UHGV virus genome: UHGV-0060833
Reading direction: 5' to 3' (one strand)
DNA: 64,000 bases
Source of the DNA: a virus
Shown in pieces: positions 1-8,964 of this stretch; position 1 is the stretch's first letter; each line of letters begins with the position of its first letter. Position numbers and translations under genes: made by a program. The notes below the pieces were generated by a model. The model made no database searches. It was not told the origin of the DNA and saw only the letters and a list, made by a program, of their open reading frames with translations.

Positions 1-773
1 CCGATTGTTTTAAGCTGTTCTATCGCTTTCTTAATGATACGGTTTTGCTCGCCAACAGCTGACTGCAAAGCCAGGCGCTCACGGATTCGCGCGAACGATA
101 GCGGCAACGGGTTCTGCGGAAGGCTTTCGATGAAAGTGTAAATGGCTTGTGCAGCTTCTTTCTTCGGAAGGGCACGCAAGGCGTGGTGTTGCAACAGAAC
201 GCGATAATCAAGCTGGAACAGCTCCCAGAGCTTCGAATCGGCCTCCAGCTCTATCAGATCAAGGTCAGCATCAAAACGCCCGACCTTCAGCAGACCAGTC
301 TGATAGCCGCCTTTAGCATCTTTTCCGCGCTTAAAAGCGATACCCTTGTTACGCAAGCGTCCAAGTGATTCATGAATGGTTAAACGCAGTTTCGCATCCA
401 GACGTTTTGAGGGGAAACCACAGGCTTTAGCGAACTCCTGAAACGATAACTGGATGGTGTTTGAAGACAAGCCGTATTTGCTGAACGCGTAGATGACACC
501 GATCCACGTTTTGAAATCAGTATCCATATCGAGTCGAGGACCGGTGATTTTAATATCATCGTAACCCTCGGCTTTAGCTATCTCCAGCTGGGAAAACGCT
601 TTGGTGGCATCAATCTCTTTACTTTCTCCTTTGCTCTTTGATGGCTTCGGCACGAATACCCCCAAGCGCATCAACGCTACAGGCTGCACAGTGTTGTTTG
701 AATTAACTGTTAGTTCTTTTGCCTTACTTTCAATGTCTGCGTAAAGAATATCGGAGATAAATGATTGATTCAT
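1..773 (-). CDS. repA: Plasmid replication initiator RepA, C-terminus cut by window edge
   Basis: ATG at 773-771 on minus strand; frame open to position 1; translation MNQSFISDILYADIESKAKELTVNSNN... recognised as P1 RepA; abuts the iteron origin. Absent from ORF track because no stop in window. Confidence 0.85.
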   Translation of the reverse strand, partial: MNQSFISDILYADIESKAKELTVNSNNTVQPVALMRLGVFVPKPSKSKGESKEIDATKAFSQLEIAKAEGYDDIKITGPRLDMDTDFKTWIGVIYAFSKYGLSSNTIQLSFQEFAKACGFPSKRLDAKLRLTIHESLGRLRNKGIAFKRGKDAKGGYQTGLLKVGRFDADLDLIELEADSKLWELFQLDYRVLLQHHALRALPKKEAAQAIYTFIESLPQNPLPLSFARIRERLALQSAVGEQNRIIKKAIEQLKTI

Positions 774-786
774 ATTACTTTTTCCG

Positions 787-1052
787 AATTATGTGGATAG
801 TTTTTATAAGTGGTGATAACTACCCAGGCTTTCCCGTCAGCACACATCCTATATCCCGCCAGCACACATTAGCAACCCGTCAGCACACATTTTTATCCCT
901 CCAGCACACATCGTTTTCCCTCCAGCACACATCGCGATACACTTCTAAGCCAGACGTGGCGCGGCCTGCAACGATCAGGGATCTATATGGATCTAATTGG
1001 GATCTGTATGGACCTAATTATTGGATCTACCCAGTGGATAATGTGGATAAGT
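787..1052. other. Plasmid origin oriR: DnaA boxes, five iterons, GATC heptamer cluster
   Basis: TGTGGATAG at 792-800 and tandem TGGATAA boxes ~1034-1051; five ~19-bp repeats with CAGCACACA core (831-932); five GATC sites in AT-rich spacer 973-1027. Confidence 0.8.
831..932 (+). repeat. Five direct iterons (incC-type RepA binding sites)
   Basis: Five spaced copies of ...CCGTCAGCACACAT... read directly; the 97-aa ORF 761..1054 is an artefact of translating these repeats. Confidence 0.85.
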
Positions 1053-1059
1053 GAAAAAC

Positions 1060-1082
1060 CGGCCAACATAGCCGGTTGGAAG
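1060..1082 (-). terminator. Hairpin with T-run on minus strand, downstream of the minus-strand operon ending at 1091
   Basis: AACCGGC-CAACATA-GCCGGTT stem-loop preceded by AAAAA on plus strand (U-run for minus transcript). Confidence 0.5.
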
Positions 1083-1090
1083 GAAGGGTA

Positions 1091-1483
1091 TTATTCTACG
1101 CTTTCGATAAGAAGACCATGTTCATAACATTTAAGCTCATCGCCTTCGTACAGGAATTGGTATCCAATACCACCATTTTCATGGACATTAGGGAATAACT
1201 CATAACTCACTGAAGAGCAAATCACACCAATGCAGCGATCAACGCCTTCTCGTCCTTCAGTGCTGAAAAAATCCTCTTCGGTAAGAACATGAGTACATTG
1301 CTCATCAGCATAGGTCGGAAATACATGCTCGATGCAATCCGGGTGTTTTAAACCAAGCTGATCGGCAAGCTCGAAAGCATGACGGTATTGTTCAGATCCT
1401 GGCTTGCCAACAGTGATGTGCTCAATTTTGTAGATTGAAGTCGCTTTGTTGATAGTTTGCTTTACTGTTACTTTATCAGACAT
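1091..1483 (-). CDS. Hypothetical protein (position of P1 upfA)
   Basis: 130-aa ORF, first gene of a co-oriented minus-strand block next to oriR; no recognisable motif. Confidence 0.55.
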   Translation of the reverse strand: MSDKVTVKQTINKATSIYKIEHITVGKPGSEQYRHAFELADQLGLKHPDCIEHVFPTYADEQCTHVLTEEDFFSTEGREGVDRCIGVICSSVSYELFPNVHENGGIGYQFLYEGDELKCYEHGLLIESVE

Positions 1484-1494
1484 AAAAATCCCTT

Positions 1495-1746
1495 TTAGTT
1501 ACCTCTGATAGCGCGGTTGTAATCATTAACGTTGCGATTCTTCCTGTTAATCCCCATCAGCATCGTTTCTGTATCGAGGATATACGCTGGCAGATCATCA
1601 AAATATTCACTGCTAAACTCTGGCATCCTGCACATAAATGCACTTTTGGGGGCAGGGTGGTTAACCTTTGTCGGCGTCGGCGTTAAATTCGGTGATCGAC
1701 TGCCGGAGCAACCGCTGAGTGTCAGCAGGAATGCGCTGGCGAACAT
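1495..1746 (-). CDS. Outer-membrane spanin-like lipoprotein (Rz1-like)
   Basis: Signal peptide plus lipobox LTLSGC, proline-rich mature part (PNLTPTPTKVNHPAPK); overlaps 3' end of the upstream gene in a different frame, as Rz1 does. Start chosen at internal Met; could be 1806 or 1827. Confidence 0.55.
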   Translation of the reverse strand: MFASAFLLTLSGCSGSRSPNLTPTPTKVNHPAPKSAFMCRMPEFSSEYFDDLPAYILDTETMLMGINRKNRNVNDYNRAIRGN

Positions 1747-2083
1747 TACCCGCCGCAACCAGTTGTTTCTGAACTTCAGCTTTTCGTTCCATTTGCCTGT
1801 CAGCATATTTGGCTTGTTCTGATTCATTTTTCACTTCCTGGCTGTGAAAATGTTGCTCTGCTTTGTTCATCGTCTCAATGGTCTGGTTAAGATCCATTAT
1901 TGACTTATCACGTTCCTTAACAGCCTGATCAAGACTGCCAATTTTCTCCATGGCTTGCTTTAGCTGATGACGTTCCCATGCAAACCCAGCACCAACAAGT
2001 GTGCAAATCAGAACAAGAACACCAGTAGCAGCAAGTTTCTCCTTCAAAGACAAAGCTGTTTTTAACGTAGAAAAGAATGACAT
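1661..2083 (-). CDS. Inner-membrane spanin-like protein (Rz-like)
   Basis: AGGAGG 6 nt before ATG at 2083; N-terminal TM helix (ATGVLVLICTLVGAGFAW) followed by coiled-coil-like periplasmic part; lipoprotein gene overlaps out of frame. Confidence 0.6.
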   Translation of the reverse strand: MSFFSTLKTALSLKEKLAATGVLVLICTLVGAGFAWERHQLKQAMEKIGSLDQAVKERDKSIMDLNQTIETMNKAEQHFHSQEVKNESEQAKYADRQMERKAEVQKQLVAAGNVRQRIPADTQRLLRQSITEFNADADKG

Positions 2084-2122
2084 GTCTTCCTCCTGAAGAA
2101 AAATTATCAATGAAGTCCTTTG

Positions 2123-2968
2123 TTACTGTGCCGCTTTGTTTAATTCATCAAGAACAGAATCAGGAACCAAAGCGGCAACTGCGCTGGCTGTGCTGACCTT
2201 ATTTGCTGATGCTTCCGCAAGCGCGGTACCGATAGCATGGTTATAAGCAGTTATGGCTACGTTGGCGCTTTCATTCGCTCGTTCATACTGCTGTTGTAAC
2301 GCAGTTGTGGGCGCTGTTGTCTGGTTGAAAACAACCCCAAACTGTTCAGTTGCTACTTTCAGAGATTCAATTTGCTCTTCTGTTAGTGCTGGTGGGGGAG
2401 TGGCAGTGCCGCCGCCTGAACCAGAGCCTGACGAGCTTCCTGAGCCAGTGTTAAGGGTCTGGTTAATCTCCCCCATAGCAGCGACTAAACTTGATGTATT
2501 AAGCGCGTTAACAGCGTCCTCAAGCGATTTAGTAATATTCACATCACCAATGGCAATAGAGATCGGCAGTTCTGAAACTTCTCGCTCATTAGCACGGCAG
2601 TAAACATCCCAACCAATATCGAGTTGAAGCAGCATTGACAGATCTGCATAACCAGCCAACAGGTCCGCGTGCTTAGTTGCCAGTTCTCCAATGTTCGTTA
2701 AGCCAGTTGTGGTTGTTCTGATCGTTGAAACATAGCTGGTAATAGTGTCGGGATAGACAATTGTATCCAGAATTAATCCGGTCAATTCTTCTGCAAGCAG
2801 TTTTGCTGTGTTAGCACTGTTTCGTGCCGATGTTATGGCACCAGGTGTTTTCATCCCACCGGCGGCGGCCAATTTTTTATATGCGGATAACTGGTAGTCT
2901 TTTTCCAGCATGATATCTCCTAACTTACCTGAACCAGGCCGTCTCCGGACGCTACGGTAGATCCGCAT
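2123..2968 (-). CDS. Hypothetical Ser/Thr/Gly-rich protein
   Basis: 281-aa ORF with GSGSSSGSGSGGG linker; co-oriented with neighbours. Confidence 0.5.
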   Translation of the reverse strand: MRIYRSVRRRPGSGKLGDIMLEKDYQLSAYKKLAAAGGMKTPGAITSARNSANTAKLLAEELTGLILDTIVYPDTITSYVSTIRTTTTGLTNIGELATKHADLLAGYADLSMLLQLDIGWDVYCRANEREVSELPISIAIGDVNITKSLEDAVNALNTSSLVAAMGEINQTLNTGSGSSSGSGSGGGTATPPPALTEEQIESLKVATEQFGVVFNQTTAPTTALQQQYERANESANVAITAYNHAIGTALAEASANKVSTASAVAALVPDSVLDELNKAAQ

Positions 2969-3204
2969 GAAACAGGGTCACCAACGCATACGATCCCTTT
3001 ACCATTGACGGTAAACCATGCCCTGGTTGATATAGCTTGCCCACCGTGCGTACTGTTTCCATCGGTATGCTGTGCATATTGCTTACCATCAACTAACACT
3101 TCGACTCCGTTGACTTTAAGTAGTGGTTCACTCTCTACAGGAGGCCTGGATGGGAATCCTCCGTGCCCCGAACAAATGCTGTCTTTTGTTGCAATACTTG
3201 CCAC
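2920..3204 (-). CDS. PAAR-like small protein (putative spike-tip cap)
   Basis: 94 aa; VGDPVSCG and ICSGHGG motifs resemble PAAR-repeat Zn-binding proteins. True start may be internal. Confidence 0.5.
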   Translation of the reverse strand: MASIATKDSICSGHGGFPSRPPVESEPLLKVNGVEVLVDGKQYAQHTDGNSTHGGQAISTRAWFTVNGKGIVCVGDPVSCGSTVASGDGLVQVS

Positions 3205-3284
3205 GTCATCACCAATTATTTGCTCTGGTTTTCGTTATTTTAACTTAGGTTACTTGTGGTCTACATGGTGTTAACTATTAAATA

Positions 3285-3301
3285 ATTGCTCTAATAAATA
3301 T
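3285..3301 (+). promoter_or_regulatory. C1 repressor operator-like site
   Basis: ATTGCTCTAATAAATAT, 15/17 to ATTGCTCTAATAAATTT; sits ~70 bp upstream of the uhr-hrdC-dmt block. Confidence 0.7.
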
Positions 3302-3372
3302 TGTTTTTTATGTCGTGTTTTCGGTACCATTCAGCCATCGCCCTTCAATGGGTATTTGTTTGGAGTCGTCAG

Positions 3373-3657
3373 ATGCAGATGGAGCTAATAAGCCGCAAAG
3401 AGTTCGATAGCCGTGTAACCAGCGGTGAACTCGACAACTTGCAGGCTATCAAGGTGAAAGAAGGCTTTTGCCTCATTGGGAATCAGAGCGGAACAAATCG
3501 CGTTTTTATGCTTCGCCGTACGGATTTGAAGCCATTTGTCTGGAAGAACGAAATTGGTCCCAGCTCATACGCTCAAACTAGGGGGTGCCTCAACCTGGCC
3601 TTTTTCTACAAAAACGAGCTTTCTGTGGTTGATATTCAAGGGTTACAACATGTTTAA
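3373..3657 (+). CDS. Small protein upstream of the rdgC homolog (P1 uhr position)
   Basis: GGAG 7 nt before ATG at 3373; overlaps hrdC start by 8 nt. Confidence 0.45.
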   Translation: MQMELISRKEFDSRVTSGELDNLQAIKVKEGFCLIGNQSGTNRVFMLRRTDLKPFVWKNEIGPSSYAQTRGCLNLAFFYKNELSVVDIQGLQHV

Positions 3658-4555
3658 GCACTGGAAAAACATTACTATTTTTAAACTTTCTCGTGAGGCG
3701 GATCTGACCGACTTGGAAGATAAAAAGAAAATGATCCTTTTCACGCCATGCGGTAGTCAGGATATGGCCAAGTTCGGTTTTGTATCTCCATTTGGTGATA
3801 ATTCCGAAGTTATCGCTATGCATGGAAATGGTTTTATCCTTGTTGAAGCAAAGCGCGAAACAAAAATTCTTCCCCCGCCGGTTATCCAGCGAGCTATTCA
3901 AGAAAAAATTGAAAAACTCGAGCAAGAACAAGCGCGTAAACTGAAGAAAACAGAGAAGGACTCCCTGAAAGACGAAGTTCTGCATTCTCTTCTGCCACGG
4001 GCTTTTTCAAAGTTCTCTGTTATCCAGGCGATCTACGACGGTTCAACTAAACGTATCTATATCAATGCCAGCGCGCGGCAGGCAGAGGATATGCTCGCGC
4101 TTATGCGTAAATCTCTGGGTTCTCTTCCTGTTGTTCCCCTAAGTGTTGAAAATCCCATTGAATTAACGCTGACCGACTGGGTACGTGATGGTAGTGCTCC
4201 ACAGGGATTTCAAATGGGGGATGCGGCAGAACTTAAGGCAGTGCTTGAGGATGGCGGTATTGCCCGAGTGAAAAAGCAGGACTTGGGAAGTGATGAAATA
4301 TCCACACACCTGGAAGCTGGCAAGCTCGTCACTAAGTTGGCACTCGACTGGCAGAACCGCATTAAATTTACACTGGACCATAACTTCAGCCTTACCAGCG
4401 TCAAATTTGCGGATGAATTGCTTGAGCAGAACGCTGATATTGATAGTGAAGATGTTGCGCAGCGACTGGACGCAGATTTCTTCCTGTTGACCAGTGAAAT
4501 TTCGTGCCTGGTTGATGCTCTGGTAAATGCCCTTGGTGGAGAGGCTAAGCAGTGA
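3650..4555 (+). CDS. hrdC: RdgC-like recombination-associated protein
   Basis: [14 protein letters not shown]..., [48 protein letters not shown] and later blocks match E. coli RdgC along the whole length. Confidence 0.9.
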   Translation: MFKHWKNITIFKLSREADLTDLEDKKKMILFTPCGSQDMAKFGFVSPFGDNSEVIAMHGNGFILVEAKRETKILPPPVIQRAIQEKIEKLEQEQARKLKKTEKDSLKDEVLHSLLPRAFSKFSVIQAIYDGSTKRIYINASARQAEDMLALMRKSLGSLPVVPLSVENPIELTLTDWVRDGSAPQGFQMGDAAELKAVLEDGGIARVKKQDLGSDEISTHLEAGKLVTKLALDWQNRIKFTLDHNFSLTSVKFADELLEQNADIDSEDVAQRLDADFFLLTSEISCLVDALVNALGGEAKQ

Positions 4556-6816
4556 AAGAGCTGTGCTATGGATCTGTTTGCAGTGGAATTGAAGCCGCGA
4601 GTATTGCCTGGGAACCGTTGGGTATGCGTCCGGCGTGGTTTGCTGAAATCGAGCCTTTTCCATCTGCCGTTCTTGCGCACCGCTGGCCCCATGTCGCCAA
4701 CCTTGGCGACATGACAAAACTTGCCAAAAAAGTCCTGGCTGGGGAAATCGAATCCCCTGATGTGCTCGTCGGGGGAACACCTTGTCAGGCATTCAGTATC
4801 GCTGGATTACGTGGTGGGCTTGATGATGAGCGTGGCGCGCTAACTTTAAAGTATGTGGAGCTTGCAAATGCAATTGACGACAAACGGGCTGAGTCATTTC
4901 TCAAACCAGCCGTTATCGTCTGGGAAAATGTCCCAGGAGTCTTGTCATCGGCAGATAACGCCTTCGGATGTTTCCTTGCCGGATTGGCTGGAGAAGATGC
5001 GCCATTTGAACCAGGTGATCGACCTGAATCAGGAAAAAGTAACGCGTTCTGGCGGTGGGATGGCAAAACCGGTTGCCATGCTCCAAAGTGGCCGCAGTGT
5101 GGTTGTATTTATGGACCGCAGCGAAAGGTGGCCTGGAGAATCCTTGATGCCCAATACTTCGGAGTGGCACAACGACGCCGACGCGTGTTTGTTGTCGCAA
5201 GTGCTCGAACAGACCTCGATCCCGCAACGGTACTTTTTGAGTTCGAAGGCGTGCGCCGGGATATTGCGCCGAGCCGAAAAAAGAAGGAAATCGCTTCCGC
5301 CATTATTGCAAATGGCGCTGCAATCAGTGGCGAAAGCCTAAATCCATGCCTACATGCTGACATGCCACCCGGTATGAAATCGACGAAAGCCGTAAACGCT
5401 TTCAGGATGGCAGCATTTGGGGAATATATTGACGATGAAACCGCATCGACAGTAAAGGCAAGAGATTTTAAAGATGCCACTGACCTTGCCGTTTTTAGCA
5501 GCACAGGAGCAGCTTTTTGGTCAGAAGGGCATGGTACATTGCGGGCACGTGAGCAAGAAAGCCATGAGCATCTTGTTACATTGGCTTTTCCTGAGCGTAT
5601 GAGCGGTACACAACATGCTGCAACTAAGAATACTTCACCATCTCTAATGGCTAAAAATCCAACAGCTGTTTGCTATGAAGTAAGAAACGCAGAAGTAGCT
5701 GTCCGCCGTCTTACCCCTGTCGAATGTGAAAGGCTGCAAGGTTTTCCTGATGGGCATACGTTGATCCCGACGGAAAAGCGTAAAAAAGTTAGTTCAGATG
5801 AACTGGCATATCTTCGCAATCACTATCCAGATTTAAGCGAAGAAGAGGCCGTGATGCTTGCAGCTGACGGACCGCGTTACAAAGCGATCGGCAATAGTAT
5901 GGCAATACCAGTAATGCGCTGGATTGGCGATCGGATTACTAAGGCCGTATGTCGGCAGAAAGAAGGAAGTGAAACAAAAGAGCGAAAAGTTAAACCAGCG
6001 GCAGAATTCGAACGGTCCATATTCAAATGGGCTGGTGGAAAATTTGGTGTTCTGGAACAAATCTTTCGCTATTTGCCAGAAGGGAAGCGCCTGATTGAAC
6101 CTTTCGTTGGTGGCGGAGCTGTCTTCATGAATGCCGGATACCAGGAAAATCTGCTAAATGATGTGAATGCTGACCTGATTAACTTTTACAAGACTCTGCA
6201 ACGCGAGGCGCATTCACTTATCACTCTGGCACATCGTTTTTTCCTGGACTACAACACCCAGGAGGGATACTTGGCAGTACGGAATGCGTTTAACAAACAA
6301 GTCTATGATGATTTACATCGCGCAGCGGCGTTTTTGTTCCTGAACCGACATTGTTTTAACGGATTGACGCGTTACAACCAGGCCGGTGAGTTCAATGTCG
6401 GTTATGGGAAGTATAAAACTCCGTATTTCCCATTACAGGAGATGGAAGCCTTCCTCGGTGCGGAAGGGCGGTCTGAGTTTGTATGCGGTGATTTTGCAGC
6501 GGTGATTGAAGCTGCCGGAGAAGGAGATGTCATCTTTTGCGATCCGCCGTATGAACCGCTCCCCAATACAGAGGGGTTCACGAACTATTCCGGTCATGAC
6601 TTTAAGTTTGAAGAGCAAAAACGCCTGGTGTCTCTGTTGACGGATGCTCATCGTCGAGGTGCAAAGGTTCTCATTACTAACAGTGGCGCGCCAAACATCA
6701 GAGAGCTTTATCATGACAGTGGCTTCAGAGTGGAACCTCTTTTTGCCAGACGTTCTGTGTCTTGTAAGGGGGACACTCGAGGTGTAGCTCATGACGTTTT
6801 GGGTATATTGCTCTAA
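4552..6816 (+). CDS. dmt: Bifunctional DNA methyltransferase: N-terminal C5-cytosine MTase fused to C-terminal Dam-like N6-adenine MTase
   Basis: N-terminal GGTPCQAFS (PCQ), VIVWENVPG (ENV), [10 protein letters not shown]; C-terminal [10 protein letters not shown] and CDPPYEP (DPPY). 754 aa; start overlaps hrdC stop. Confidence 0.8.
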   Translation: MKELCYGSVCSGIEAASIAWEPLGMRPAWFAEIEPFPSAVLAHRWPHVANLGDMTKLAKKVLAGEIESPDVLVGGTPCQAFSIAGLRGGLDDERGALTLKYVELANAIDDKRAESFLKPAVIVWENVPGVLSSADNAFGCFLAGLAGEDAPFEPGDRPESGKSNAFWRWDGKTGCHAPKWPQCGCIYGPQRKVAWRILDAQYFGVAQRRRRVFVVASARTDLDPATVLFEFEGVRRDIAPSRKKKEIASAIIANGAAISGESLNPCLHADMPPGMKSTKAVNAFRMAAFGEYIDDETASTVKARDFKDATDLAVFSSTGAAFWSEGHGTLRAREQESHEHLVTLAFPERMSGTQHAATKNTSPSLMAKNPTAVCYEVRNAEVAVRRLTPVECERLQGFPDGHTLIPTEKRKKVSSDELAYLRNHYPDLSEEEAVMLAADGPRYKAIGNSMAIPVMRWIGDRITKAVCRQKEGSETKERKVKPAAEFERSIFKWAGGKFGVLEQIFRYLPEGKRLIEPFVGGGAVFMNAGYQENLLNDVNADLINFYKTLQREAHSLITLAHRFFLDYNTQEGYLAVRNAFNKQVYDDLHRAAAFLFLNRHCFNGLTRYNQAGEFNVGYGKYKTPYFPLQEMEAFLGAEGRSEFVCGDFAAVIEAAGEGDVIFCDPPYEPLPNTEGFTNYSGHDFKFEEQKRLVSLLTDAHRRGAKVLITNSGAPNIRELYHDSGFRVEPLFARRSVSCKGDTRGVAHDVLGILL

Positions 6817-6823
6817 TAAATTA
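6807..6823 (+). promoter_or_regulatory. C1 operator-like site overlapping dmt stop
   Basis: ATTGCTCTAATAAATTA, 16/17 to consensus. Confidence 0.7.
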
Positions 6824-6998
6824 ATTAGTGTAATATCGCCTCAATGAATCGTGATTTATAGAGCGATTTAGCTGTTAGCCGCGACAGGCGCGGCGGTAAG
6901 CATGGCTGGGCCTAGTCCTCCCAGACAAACCACCGAGTTGCCAGGTTGACCATGCGCCTAAGTGGCAACGCCGAAGTGCGTTACGAGCTTCCAGTTTG

Positions 6999-7024
6999 CC
7001 CATCTTCGGGTGGGCGTTTTTTTC
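6999..7024 (+). terminator. Rho-independent terminator
   Basis: GCCCATC-TTCG-GGTGGGC hairpin followed by GTTTTTTT. Confidence 0.6.
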
Positions 7025-7489
7025 AGGGTTTTCGTCATGGTTAGCGACTTTGCGGCGGTTTAGAAACTGACCATTAAAGTAAATGCAAACGATGATCTGA
7101 TGATGGTAGCGGCCTAAGAAACCAGATGCCACGGGGTATGAGTCGTCCCCCGTCAAAAAAATCGACCGCAGAGTGTCCCCGTCTGTGTATTAGGGAACGG
7201 GGAGGCACAACAGGTAAGGGCGCTGGTGTGATTAACCAGATGAACGAGAAGGGGCCATCTGTTGGTCAGCGTCCTTTCCTGTTGCGTTTTCTTTTCAGCG
7301 TAACAGCGGTGCTTAACAGCACTTTGGGTACAGTTCCACGAATTTACGGGTATATCCCGTCATGCTGAAGGCGCTAATCACGCTGGAAGCCAGGGTTGTG
7401 CATCCCCTGTTACCGAATTGCAGCCAGGGCGCGGTGCGCCGAAAAGCATACGGAGGTGGAAGCCCTCGCCGGAGACGTACCCGGCAAGT

Positions 7490-7565
7490 GATGGTGTAGC
7501 TCAGCGTTTAGAGCGGTTGACTATTAATCAACGGGTCGATGGTTCAAATCCATCCACCATCGCCA
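7490..7565 (+). tRNA. tRNA with anticodon loop CUAUUAA (anticodon AUU, nominally Asn)
   Basis: Folded by eye: acceptor GATGGTG/CACCATC, T-loop TTCAAAT, 5-bp anticodon stem GTTGA/TCAAC, encoded CCA. A at position 34 is atypical. Confidence 0.8.
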
Positions 7566-7567
7566 AT

Positions 7568-7643
7568 GCCGGTTTAGCTCAGTTGGTAGAGCGCCTGCCT
7601 TGTAAGCAGGATGTCAGCGGTTCGAGTCCGTTAATCGGCACCA
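7568..7643 (+). tRNA. tRNA-Thr (anticodon UGU)
   Basis: Acceptor GCCGGTT/AATCGGC with one G-U, D-loop AGTTGGTAG, anticodon loop CTTGTAA, T-loop TTCGAGT, encoded CCA; 2 nt after the preceding tRNA. Confidence 0.9.
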
Positions 7644-7651
7644 GCACAACA

Positions 7652-7725
7652 GGTAAGGGTATTTTGCGACGCCGGAGATCGCCGAGCTTGGCAGAGGGTT
7701 CGAATCCCTACGAAGTACCCTTACC
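7652..7725 (+). ncRNA. tRNA-like element: 10-bp acceptor-like stem, D-arm-like hairpin, canonical T-arm, no anticodon arm
   Basis: GGTAAGGGTA pairs TACCCTTACC; AGGG-TTCGAAT-CCCT T-arm; GCGA-CGCCGGAGA-TCGC D-like arm; only ~11 nt where the anticodon arm should be. Confidence 0.3.
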
Positions 7726-7894
7726 GTTGTGATGAAGTGCAGCTCTTTGAAGCAACCAGAAGATAAGCATCTGGCTTCACAACATAAACCGCAGGAACGA
7801 CCAATAAACGGTAGTCCGTATGGAGAACACCCCGTTGAGGAAGAGGCCTGGCCGGAACCGTAACCGGCACTACAACGTTGAGAACACTGGCGTA

Positions 7895-7976
7895 ACGGGG
7901 TCATATCCCAATCTACGAATAAATGTTGCGTTGCAGCGTGACAACCAGTGTTCTCAACATTGTGGTGAATGCACAG
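7895..7976 (+). repeat. Copy 1 of a repeated non-coding element
   Basis: Shares GTAACGGG-T-CATATCCCAATCTAC ... GTTGCG ... GTGAATGC with 8172-8234; embedded in a long inverted repeat (7872-7890 vs 7945-7963). Confidence 0.4.
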
Positions 7977-8171
7977 GCTGATGTGCCGCAACTACAGTAG
8001 TGCGCGCTTTGCGGGGCTTGCTACAACCCTGTGTCGGAGTTCAGCACCGACCATCACAGTTTGATTCTCTGGCATGAGCATAACGCTGAAATAAGTCCAG
8101 TCTGGTGCGGCCCGATCACCCGCCGTTAGCTCCACGAAACGGAGCACGTAACAGGTAAGAGCATTCTCCTG

Positions 8172-8234
8172 TAACGGGTTCATATCCCAATCTACAGGTC
8201 CACCAAGAATGCTCTTTCCGTTGCGGTGAATGCG
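8172..8234 (+). repeat. Copy 2 of the repeated non-coding element
   Basis: AACGGGTTCATATCCCAATCTAC ... GTTGCGGTGAATGCG; no credible ORF across it. Confidence 0.4.
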
Positions 8235-8374
8235 GCTAAGCGCACGCGGGGAAATGGTTATATCTGTCCATTATTTCTCCTTGTTTCCACGTCCACGGTG
8301 GATAACCAGCCAAAGGACACCGGGAGGCACCCGGCACCGCAACCTTATTTCCCAACCAGTAATGAGGTTAATAA

Positions 8375-8800
8375 ATGCTCGGCATTCTCAAAAAGAAATT
8401 CCGCAAAGCGGCTGGCGGAGTCAAGAAGATGGAAAACCGTGATGCGGTGGAAGCGACTGTCTGGGGCGCATATTCCATTGCATACTCTGACGGCACCTGC
8501 GATGCGAAAGAAATTGCAGTATTGGAAAAAACCATTGCAGCACTTCCTGCCTTTGCGCCGTTCTCCGGTGAAATTGCCCAGATGAGCGCCAATATTCGCG
8601 CTCAATATGAAGCCTCGCCGCGCCGAGCGAATGCCCAGGCTTTACGTGAACTGGCTGACGTGTCTGGAACTAATGATGCGGTAGATGTTCTGTGCCTATG
8701 CATTGATATTGCTGACCAGGATGGCATTGGGGCAGAAGATCAGGAGCAATTGAAGAAAATTGCCCAGGCTCTTCAATTGCCACTGGAACAGTATATCTGA
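8375..8800 (+). CDS. TerB-like domain protein (P1 tciA position)
   Basis: 141 aa with TerB-like pattern (AYSIAYSDGTCDAKEIAVLEKTIAAL ... LCLCIDIADQDGIGAEDQEQLKKIA). Confidence 0.6.
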   Translation: MLGILKKKFRKAAGGVKKMENRDAVEATVWGAYSIAYSDGTCDAKEIAVLEKTIAALPAFAPFSGEIAQMSANIRAQYEASPRRANAQALRELADVSGTNDAVDVLCLCIDIADQDGIGAEDQEQLKKIAQALQLPLEQYI

Positions 8801-8964
8801 TGGTTATAAAAGCACGTCTAATTCTGGCTTTGGTTTTTCTCGTGCTATCTGTGCTGGTGGATTTCACCAGCACAATCCTGTCGGTTTTATCCGACGGGGC
8901 GTTGGTAGCAGTAGCTGTAACATTGGTATGGCCGATATTTAAACCAGCCTCGAAGGATCAGTGA
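8800..8964 (+). CDS. Small hydrophobic membrane peptide (54 aa)
   Basis: ATG overlaps upstream stop (TGATG); MVIKARLILALVFLVLSVLVDFTSTILSVLSDGALVAVAVTLVWPIF...; below ORF-track size cutoff. Confidence 0.4.
   Translation: MVIKARLILALVFLVLSVLVDFTSTILSVLSDGALVAVAVTLVWPIFKPASKDQ

Noticed and set aside
761-1054. 97-aa plus-strand ORF with repetitive QHT... translation
   Set aside because: It is the translation of the oriR iterons and GATC repeats; the region is the replication origin, not a gene.
4163-4792. 209-aa minus-strand ORF overlapping hrdC and the dmt start
   Set aside because: Antisense to two well-supported genes (RdgC homolog and Dmt); no motif support.
7652-7725. Calling this element a fourth tRNA gene
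   Set aside because: No anticodon stem-loop can be formed; kept only as a low-confidence ncRNA / tRNA-like element.
7418-7991. ORFs 7418..7732 (+) and 7614..7991 (-) across the tRNA region
   Set aside because: They overlap two well-folded tRNA genes and the tRNA-like element; Cys/Arg-rich, no RBS; treated as non-coding.
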